From: Nannocystales bacterium | GTDB taxonomy: Bacteria > Myxococcota_A > Polyangia > Nannocystales > Nannocystaceae | Assembly: GCA_050633305.1 (NCBI GenBank) | Contig: JBOEGF010000044.1 | Location: forward strand, 1-64,000 | Direction of reading: 5' to 3' | DNA: 64,000 nucleotides | Shown: positions 57,144 through 64,000 of the stretch, piece by piece | How the letters are laid out: every line of letters starts with the position of its first letter | Numbering within the stretch: position 1 is the first letter of the stretch | Notes under the pieces: generated by a model | Told to the model about the DNA's origin: nothing | The model's database searches: none | The model's input: only the letters and a program-made list of their open reading frames with translations | Position numbers and translations under genes: made by a program

Positions 57144-57922
57144 CTTCGATCGACTTTGAGGCTCTGCGATCACTTGGGCGAACCCGGTGGTCGGCCGTGG
57201 ATGTCTCCGAGGGGCAGTTGCGTGGCGTGGCGACGGTGTCCGAGATGCCAGCGCACCCTGAGGACTTCTACCTCGCCCTCGCGTGCGTGCTCGGAGACCG
57301 TGACGCTCTTTCGGTCTTCGAGCGAGAGTTGATGTCAGAGCTTCCCGCCACGTTGTTCCGAGCCGGGGTTCAAGACGCACATCTCGATGACGTGCAGCAG
57401 CAGTTGCGTGAGCGGTTGCTCGTGTCCACTGCGGACTCGCCGGCGCGCTTGCTGAGCTACTCAGGCAAGGGGCCATTGGGGGCCTGGGTGCGAGTCTGTG
57501 GGGCTCGGGCGGGCGTCGATCATTGCCGGGCACGGCGTCCCGCCGAGGACACTCCCACACGTATCTTCGAGCAACTCGCCGCGTTCGATCCGGACTTGGA
57601 AACTCTGCTCGTCTCGGACGACTTGCGGGGACGGGTACGCGCCGCGTTTTCGGCCGCTCTCGCGAGCCTGCCAACTCGGCTGGCCAACACGCTTCGCTAC
57701 CGGGTGCTCGACGGCTTGGCGTCCAACGAGATTGCAAAGATCCACGAGGTCCATCGTGCCAGCGTCGATCGATGGCTACTCACCGCGAAGGAACACGTGC
57801 TCTCCGGTGTGCAGCGACGCATCATGAACGAGCTGGGGCTCGATCGTGCCCGTGCCAGGAGTGCGATCGGAGCTGTCGTGAGCCAGCTGGACCTCAGCCT
57901 TTCCGCCGTCTTCGGCGAATGA
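57140..57922 (+). CDS. myxobacterial ECF-like sigma-70 factor (Sig-70_gmx1 type)
   Basis: HPEDFYLALAC..GD..AL..FE, QQLRERLLV, YSGKGPLGAWVRV and IA....VHRASVDRWL; ATGA overlap with the kinase. Confidence 0.85.
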   Translation: MTSIDFEALRSLGRTRWSAVDVSEGQLRGVATVSEMPAHPEDFYLALACVLGDRDALSVFERELMSELPATLFRAGVQDAHLDDVQQQLRERLLVSTADSPARLLSYSGKGPLGAWVRVCGARAGVDHCRARRPAEDTPTRIFEQLAAFDPDLETLLVSDDLRGRVRAAFSAALASLPTRLANTLRYRVLDGLASNEIAKIHEVHRASVDRWLLTAKEHVLSGVQRRIMNELGLDRARARSAIGAVVSQLDLSLSAVFGE

Positions 57923-59135
57923 GCATCAGCAGGCTCAGGAGCAGGCCCGATCCACTCGAGCTGGTGTTGCAGCCGCAGCCGTCGTCCTGTGTGTCCTGAG
58001 ACCCCGCCGTTTCGCCCGGCTCGGCGGTCGAGCTGGGGTCCGATATCGAGGTCGATGATGCCTCGCTTGGACCGGATGTTGCGTCTTCGGAGGTGCTACC
58101 CGGGGCCGTCGTCGATCCCCGTTCGCCCGTGTCGCTGCCGCCGAGGTCTCCGCCGCTCGAGGTACCGCCGGTGCTCGTGGTGCCCGAATCGTCGTCGCAC
58201 TGAGTGGGGCGTTCGATGGTGGATCCGCCCATGCAGCCGCTGGACCAGGACTGCTCGTCTGGCCCGCCGGGAGCGGCTGGAAGAGCCCCACATCCGCCGT
58301 TCCACAGGCCGTCGTTGTCGTGGCAGGTCACCAACTCCGCGGCCTCGTCCGTGATCCATTCAAGAAAAGAGCCGGCGTAGCTGTAGACGGAGCCCCCCCA
58401 ACACTCGTTGCCTTTGGGGACGGGGGGTTGAACGCCTTTGGGGGAGTAGGTTGACGAACCGGCACCGAAAACGCGCCAGGATCCGTCGGAGAGCTGAATG
58501 AACGCCGGGCCTCCCGAGTCTCCGGAGCACGCTCCTGGCCCGCTGAGGTTGAACATGGTCACGTTGTTCCAGACGTCGGTGTCGATCTCGTCGACCGTCT
58601 GCCACGCGAGTCGCTTGCGCCCCGCACCATCGCTCATGCCGTCGAGCTGCTGTGTGGCGCCGAATCCGACGATCACTGTGGTTGCCCCCGGCTCGATCGC
58701 TCCGAGCTCACATGCCGAGATCAGGGGGACGATCGGCACGTCTTCTACGGGCTCGCTCAGATGACACAGGGCGACGTCTGCACGAATCGTATTGACGGAA
58801 CCGGGTGGCTCGGCCTCCGGAGGCATTTCGCAGCGCTCGACCGGCACGGTTCGAATCGGAGGGGCCGTCGGAAGCACGGTCTCACCGAGCCCGATCTCCG
58901 TAATCGGTCGGTCTTCGCGCAAGCAGTGCGCCGCCGTGAGCACGACCGTCGGGGCGACCAGCGTGCCCGAGCACAGCAGCGTGGAGGCCTCCGGGTCGGT
59001 CGACGATGGGGTGAGCATGGCGACCGCGCTCGGCCAAGCGCAGACGTCCGCCTGCTCCCCCGCGACGATCGTCTGCGGGTCCGTGGGGAGCGGCAGGCCC
59101 CCGAGGGACGATGCGATGAAGATGAGGGAGAGCAT
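57894..59135 (-). CDS. S1 (trypsin-fold) serine protease with MYXO-CTERM tail
   Basis: IVAG mature start, CSGTL, LTAAHC, DVAL and GDSGGP; GCGC...LLMLIRRRRR. Confidence 0.93.
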   Translation of the reverse strand: MLSLIFIASSLGGLPLPTDPQTIVAGEQADVCAWPSAVAMLTPSSTDPEASTLLCSGTLVAPTVVLTAAHCLREDRPITEIGLGETVLPTAPPIRTVPVERCEMPPEAEPPGSVNTIRADVALCHLSEPVEDVPIVPLISACELGAIEPGATTVIVGFGATQQLDGMSDGAGRKRLAWQTVDEIDTDVWNNVTMFNLSGPGACSGDSGGPAFIQLSDGSWRVFGAGSSTYSPKGVQPPVPKGNECWGGSVYSYAGSFLEWITDEAAELVTCHDNDGLWNGGCGALPAAPGGPDEQSWSSGCMGGSTIERPTQCDDDSGTTSTGGTSSGGDLGGSDTGERGSTTAPGSTSEDATSGPSEASSTSISDPSSTAEPGETAGSQDTQDDGCGCNTSSSGSGLLLSLLMLIRRRRRKG

Positions 59136-59167
59136 GGTCTGACCCGGGGACGGATTCGGGAGCCGAA

Positions 59168-59869
59168 CTACTGGGGCAGGGTGATGTCGAAGTCCGCCGT
59201 GCCGGAGCAGCCTCCGTCGGCGGGACAGGAGTCCGGCGCCTGGGTCTGATTGCACTCGGAGTAGGACCACGTCCCGGTGAAGTGGCCGTCGGTGACCGTG
59301 CCGTCGAAGGTCTGTGTGAAGACCCAGGTGTCTCCCGCAAAGACGTCACTGTCTTCGCTGCCCAAGACCAGTTCTGGCCGAGTCGAGGGCCCCGAGAATT
59401 CGATGGCATCGAGGGCGTCGAAGACCAAGCTGGCGGTGTCGTCGAGCTGTTCGTCCCAGACCGCAGCTGTGCCGAGCACCGTGGGGTCGACGAAAAGGAA
59501 ACAACCCTCCACGATGTCTTCGTTCGTCCACTCGACTTCCACCATCTGCGTGGCGCCGCCGGTCCCCGTCTCCTCGCCGCTCTCGCTTCCCTCGGAAGAA
59601 GAACCTTCCGTCACATCCGTGGTGGCCTCTCCCGAGGTGCTCGAGGAGGAGGAGGTACTTGGGTCGCCCGAGGTGCTGCTTCCTGTGCTCGTCCCTGTGG
59701 AGGTGCTGTCACCGGTCGTTCCCAGGGAATCGCTCGGGGTCCCGTCCTCGGTTTCGGATGCGCCGGACGTCTCCGTGGGGTCCGCCTGGGTCGTCCCTTC
59801 GCCATCACTGTCGCACCCGGCGACGGAGAGGATGAGCAAGGATGCGAGGGTGTAGTTTTGGATCTGCAT
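59168..59869 (-). CDS. hypothetical lipoprotein with Ser/Thr linker
   Basis: Lipobox VAGC; co-oriented with and 32 bp upstream of the protease. Confidence 0.75.
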   Translation of the reverse strand: MQIQNYTLASLLILSVAGCDSDGEGTTQADPTETSGASETEDGTPSDSLGTTGDSTSTGTSTGSSTSGDPSTSSSSSTSGEATTDVTEGSSSEGSESGEETGTGGATQMVEVEWTNEDIVEGCFLFVDPTVLGTAAVWDEQLDDTASLVFDALDAIEFSGPSTRPELVLGSEDSDVFAGDTWVFTQTFDGTVTDGHFTGTWSYSECNQTQAPDSCPADGGCSGTADFDITLPQ

Positions 59870-60160
59870 GTCTAGTCTCAAGGGTTGACCGGCAGCTGTG
59901 TTCGCCGCGGTCTTGGCCCCTTGACGGGACGATCCATGAACTCGCGCAGAGAAAAGTGGGGGAGCGGCCACCTTTTTTCCTCCGAGCTGCGCCTTGAGCG
60001 GCTGCGACGCGACGGCGCATTTCACCTCCCGTCATGACGCAGCGCCTCAATCCGAATGAGCGCCGTTCCCAGGGGGCGCGAGCGTCATCGGAGGCTCCGG
60101 CGCGAGCACCACGGTCCGGTGGGTGGCGCTGAACCCGGCGTTGGCCGCGAGCGCGAGGGG

Positions 60161-61087
60161 CTACGCGGGTTGCATCATCGGCTGAGCCCCGTCTGCGAGG
60201 TCGTGGAGTCCGACCGCGAAGGACGCGACCGCGTCGACAACGTTGTCGTCTTCGAGAATCCGGCGGTGGCCAAGTCCTTCGGTACTCATCAGTCGCGCCC
60301 TTGGTCGTTGGGCGGCGACCCCTGCGATGGGCGCGTAGGGAGTGCGGCGGTCGCCGCGATCATGCACGAGCAGCAGCGCGTCGAGGTCGGCGGGGAGGGT
60401 GCACTCGAGGGTGAGTTCGGCGAAGGGGCGACCGACGCGTTGGTGGATCAGGCGCTGGGCCTCGGCCTGCACGACTTCGGGCAACCGCAGCCACCGCGCG
60501 AACATGCCGAAGAACACGTGCGGCTCCGCGGCGGCGGCGAGCAGCGCGACACGACTGACCTGTAGACCGTCGGCCAACGCGATCCCGGTCGCCGCTGCGC
60601 CGAGCGAGTGCGCGACGACCGAATCCACGGGTCCCACAAGCCTGACCACCGCAGCGATGACTTGAGCCATCTGTCCGAGGTCCGTGAAGGAGCCGGTGGA
60701 CTGGCCATGACCGGGCAGGTCGAACGCAACCACGCGATGCCCTGAAGCGACGAGCCGATGCACGACCGCCTCGAACTGGGTCGCCCCGCCACCCCATCCG
60801 TGGACCAGCAGCGTGGTTGGCCCCCCATCGCCCCACTGATACAGGCGAATCCGGTGTCCGGCTGCCGGGAGGTCGGCGATGTGGGCCGTGTCGCGGAGCC
60901 TCCGCTCCGTTTCGGACAGCGACCTTCGCTTGGGCACCCGCCGGAACAGCTGAAGCGCGGACCAGCCGGCCCATCGAATCCAGAACGGACTCCTCGGGGA
61001 ACGGACGTGCTCGTTTCTCCGCGGCGAGGGCTTGTTCTTAAAGGTGCGATCGGTCGTGCTTTTTTCTGTGCGTGAGAGAGAAGACAT
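60161..61087 (-). CDS. alpha/beta hydrolase
   Basis: LVHGW, FDLPGHG, AHSLG nucleophile elbow, HDRGD and GLGHRRIL. Confidence 0.92.
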   Translation of the reverse strand: MSSLSRTEKSTTDRTFKNKPSPRRNEHVRSPRSPFWIRWAGWSALQLFRRVPKRRSLSETERRLRDTAHIADLPAAGHRIRLYQWGDGGPTTLLVHGWGGGATQFEAVVHRLVASGHRVVAFDLPGHGQSTGSFTDLGQMAQVIAAVVRLVGPVDSVVAHSLGAAATGIALADGLQVSRVALLAAAAEPHVFFGMFARWLRLPEVVQAEAQRLIHQRVGRPFAELTLECTLPADLDALLLVHDRGDRRTPYAPIAGVAAQRPRARLMSTEGLGHRRILEDDNVVDAVASFAVGLHDLADGAQPMMQPA

Positions 61088-61106
61088 CGTCGAGTTTCCT
61101 GGTTGT

Positions 61107-61697
61107 TCAGCGCGCTTGAGCGTCGTCGACCAGCCGATCGAAGCCCCGGCGCGCGCGCTGAAGCGCCTGGGCAGACTCGAGAAGTCGGCTGTCGTGGTGG
61201 AAGATCAGGATCATGCCATGGGCCTCGAACGTGAACTGCTCGGGGTCCAGGTCAGCACGAAATGCGCCCTCGTTGATCGCGGTCCGGACAACGCCGACGA
61301 ACAGCTCGTCGAGGTCGCGTTGTTGCTCGACCAGTCGGTCACGAACGGGACCCGGCCGGTCGTCCAGTTCGCCTGCGGCGGCCGCAAAAAGGCAACCTGT
61401 ATCCTTCTTGGAGTGCATCCAGCCCAACCACCCGTCGAATAGCGCTCGGACCCGAGGCTCGCCACGAGGGGCCTTGAGGGCGACACGAACCACCGAGTCT
61501 GTGAACACACCCGCCTCGCGATCGAGGACCTCGACCTGCAGAGCCTCCTTCGATCGGAAGTGTGCGTACAGCCCACTCTTGGACAGCGACAGCTCTCGCG
61601 CGAGGTCGCCAAACGTCACGCCTTCGAGTCCCACGACCGCCGCGCGCCGGGACGCGAGGTCCAGGATCGTTTCGCGTGTCTGCGCGCCCTTGCCCAC
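61107..61697 (-). CDS. TetR/AcrR family regulator
   Basis: MGKGAQTRETIL..GLEGVTFGDLA..SKSGLYAHF.SKE; GCLF. Confidence 0.93.
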   Translation of the reverse strand: MGKGAQTRETILDLASRRAAVVGLEGVTFGDLARELSLSKSGLYAHFRSKEALQVEVLDREAGVFTDSVVRVALKAPRGEPRVRALFDGWLGWMHSKKDTGCLFAAAAGELDDRPGPVRDRLVEQQRDLDELFVGVVRTAINEGAFRADLDPEQFTFEAHGMILIFHHDSRLLESAQALQRARRGFDRLVDDAQAR

Positions 61698-61702
61698 AAG
61701 TT

Positions 61703-61726
61703 AAAAATAGTACGACCGTTCGGGTC
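61703..61726. promoter_or_regulatory. probable TetR operator, with a second copy at 61043-61065
   Basis: AGTACGACCGTTCG here vs AGCACGACCGATCG on the minus strand at 61047-61060; both preceded by A-tracts. Confidence 0.6.
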
Positions 61727-61789
61727 TTGCAAGGCCTCGGCCGGAAACCTGGGGCGCGAGAGGCGCGAGAACGGCGGATGTTGCCGGGT

Positions 61790-62439
61790 CTACCGGTTCG
61801 AGCAAGCCGCCGATTGCGAAGTGGTGACCGCTCCTTCGAAGCCCAGCGCGAGAGGCCCGACGGAGCCAACGGCACGAATCACGGCGGTGTCGTCCAGGCT
61901 TGCCTTGTCGGCAGGAGCGGCGCCGATGAGCCGGTTGAGACGACTCGCGAGGATGAGCAGTACCCCGTCCCGGACAACGCCGGTCGTGGGGTACACGTCG
62001 CCGACCTCCAGGCGTGCCGTTTCGGAGGCGGCGCTCCATCCGTCCTCGCTGCGAAGCGCGATCACCGAGTTGAGCGTGTGACCCGACGCCTGGTTGGCGA
62101 TGACCGCGAGCTCGGTCGGGCTGGTGAGTACCAGGCCGTCGGCACCTGGAAGCGCTTGCTCGAGGGTAACCCGGGACAACGATGTGGGGTGGTCCAACGG
62201 GATTCGGAACAGTTCTCCGTCGCTCTTCTTGGCGACCAGCAAGAACCCGTCGGGATGATGCACGACTCCGTTGAGATTGATGCCCTCGCCCTCGAAGCGT
62301 GCATCCTCGACGAAGACGCTGGCATTGCCCTCGAGGTCAACGCGGTAGACGTCGAGGTCGCGCAACTCGACGCGATGGCGAGGACGACCGCGGCCAACGG
62401 CGCCGCGTGAGCGCGAAGCTTCGGAGGACGGGAACTCAT
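61790..62439 (-). pseudogene. disrupted SMP-30/gluconolactonase-like beta-propeller lipoprotein
   Basis: Signal peptide MSSRPPKLRAHAAPLAAVVLAIASSC in one frame; propeller C-terminal half (LNGVVHHPDG, GADGL, YPTT) in another frame; N-terminal blades absent. Confidence 0.55.
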
Positions 62440-62497
62440 GACGCCCGAACGGGACCGAACGTCCTCGAGTATCGGCGACTTCCGCGTTCCGTACGCG

Positions 62498-63121
62498 CTA
62501 CGGTTCCCAGCCCGCGCCCATGGCTTCGGCTCCGCGCATGATGATGCGGACCTCGCCGACGATGCGTTTGACGATCTCGGCGCGCTCACCCACCGTGCGG
62601 TCGAGGGCGCTGGCGCCGAGGTTGAACGCCACCGTGACCATCGCCTCGGCCGCGAGTTCGGCGTGGGCCAGCGGGCGGTTCTGCTTGTTGGCCTCCTCCT
62701 CCAGGGTCTCGATCAGCTCGGAGGTGAAGCGACCGACCTCTTCGCGGACCGCGGTGCGAAAGGTCATCGAGTTGCCCGCGCCCTCGCCCAGGAGCAATCG
62801 AAACAGGTTCGCGTTGCTGGTGGCAAACTCCATGAACGTCTCGATCGACGTCCGGACGACGCTGCCCTCACCCGACGCTTTCACCCGGCGGCGGGCTTGG
62901 CGGACGACTTGGCGTAGCTGGGTCCCGACCTCGTCGACGAGCGCCAGGCCGAGATCGTCGACGTCTTCGAAGTGCCTATAGAAGGAGGTCGGGGCGATGT
63001 CCGCCTCTTTGGCGATCTGACGCAGGCTCAGGCTGGCATAGCCGCGCTCCGCGCTCAGACGTAGCGCAGCATCCATGATCGCGCGTCGCGTCTGAATCTT
63101 CTGTTCCGCTCGACTGCTCAC
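62498..63121 (-). CDS. fabR: FabR/DesT-like TetR regulator of unsaturated fatty acid synthesis
   Basis: RAEQKIQTRRAIMDAA..ASLSLRQIAKEADIAPTSFYRHF..DDLGLALVDE matches the FabR N-terminus. Confidence 0.8.
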   Translation of the reverse strand: MSSRAEQKIQTRRAIMDAALRLSAERGYASLSLRQIAKEADIAPTSFYRHFEDVDDLGLALVDEVGTQLRQVVRQARRRVKASGEGSVVRTSIETFMEFATSNANLFRLLLGEGAGNSMTFRTAVREEVGRFTSELIETLEEEANKQNRPLAHAELAAEAMVTVAFNLGASALDRTVGERAEIVKRIVGEVRIIMRGAEAMGAGWEP

Positions 63122-63238
63122 GACGACCTGTTCTGACCATCGCAAAGCGCGCCCGTAGACACAACCAAGACACGCGGCATGCCGTCCAACGCTTGTGGTC
63201 ATGGGCAGATCGCGCGCATGCTCGCGGCTCGGAAAAAC

Positions 63239-63256
63239 TGCGCACAAGTGTGCGCT
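63239..63256. promoter_or_regulatory. FabR-type palindromic operator TGCGCACAAGTGTGCGCT
   Basis: GCGCACA-AG-TGTGCGC palindrome 27 nt before the pfaD start. Confidence 0.72.
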
Positions 63257-63283
63257 CAGCTGAGACGAATCCGAGGCGCTGAC

Positions 63284-64000
63284 GTGCAAGAAATTGGAAC
63301 CTGGTCCGGACGGGGCGCAACGCCGTCGTTCTCTCAAGCCGAAATTTTGGGCGTCGCACAGCGTTTCCGGGAGCCGGTGCATGTCGTCGCGGATCCGAGC
63401 ACCGGAGCGGTGGGCGTGGCGGCCGGAGGAACGATTGGACGCTCAGGGGACCCCACACCGGATGCTTGGCCGCTTCTGGCGAGCTTGGCCCCCACGTACC
63501 CCGAGTGGCTGGGCGATCGTTCGTTCGCCGAGGTTCACGGCGTTCGCTTCCCCTACGTCGCGGGTGCGATGGCCAACGGCATCGCCTCCACGCAGCTGGT
63601 GATCGCGATGGCGGGCGGCGGCTGCCTGGGATTCTTCGGCTCGGCCGGTCTCAGCCCCGGCCGCGTCGAGGCCTCGATCGCGGAGCTCACCGCGGCGCTG
63701 GGATCGGCCGACGAGGGCGGCAAGCCCTGGGGAGCCAACCTCATTCACTCGCCCAACGAGCCCGAACTCGAGGACGCGGTCGTCGACCTCTATCTCCGAG
63801 CCGGTGTCCGTCGGGTCTCTGCCGCCGCCTATATGGCTCTGACCCCGGCGATCGTCCGCTACGCGTACTCGGGACTGCGGAGGGGCGCCGATGGGGCCGT
63901 CGTTCGACCCAACCACGTGTTCGCGAAGATCTCGCGACCCGAGACCGCGCGGCACTTCATGGAGCCCGCCCCCGGAAAGATCCTCAATGCCCTGTTGGCC
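63284..64000 (+). CDS. pfaD: PfaD-family PUFA/polyketide enoyl reductase (5' part, runs off the window)
   Basis: Translated by hand (absent from the ORF track): YPEWLGDRSF..PYVAGAMANGIAS..GFFGSAGL..WGANLIHSP..FAKISRPETA; GTG start after GAGG. Confidence 0.9.
   Translation, partial: MQEIGTWSGRGATPSFSQAEILGVAQRFREPVHVVADPSTGAVGVAAGGTIGRSGDPTPDAWPLLASLAPTYPEWLGDRSFAEVHGVRFPYVAGAMANGIASTQLVIAMAGGGCLGFFGSAGLSPGRVEASIAELTAALGSADEGGKPWGANLIHSPNEPELEDAVVDLYLRAGVRRVSAAAYMALTPAIVRYAYSGLRRGADGAVVRPNHVFAKISRPETARHFMEPAPGKILNALLA

Overview
GC-rich, gene-dense chromosomal window from a myxobacterium, probably Nannocystaceae-like. This is inferred from MYXO-CTERM tails, Ser/Thr/Gly-linker lipoproteins, AgmX/PglI-type proteins, a DUF1592/DUF1552 pair and kinase-linked ECF sigma factors. 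I call about 55 CDS and see no rRNA, tRNA, CRISPR array, transposase or prophage. The content includes many secreted lipoproteins and proteases, three ECF sigma modules (two paired with Ser/Thr kinase-TPR proteins), a SNF2 helicase, nadE, an NSS transporter, several TetR/AraC/WYL regulators with visible operators, and the start of a pfaD-type PUFA/polyketide locus divergent from a FabR-like regulator. The most notable signals are: (1) a promoter-like motif GTCACA-N13-RCAYCT found three times, twice back-to-back in the kinase/lipoprotein/ECF module, suggesting a small regulon; (2) a fabB-type FabR palindrome before pfaD; (3) a lipoprotein with four pacifastin repeats, mostly with Glu at P1; (4) a PqqD/RRE-like domain fused to a YkgJ Cys-cluster domain; (5) a multi-stem leader before the RRM gene. 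All family calls come from motif recognition by eye, not database searches, and several starts were moved from the ORF track to the likely signal-peptide start.
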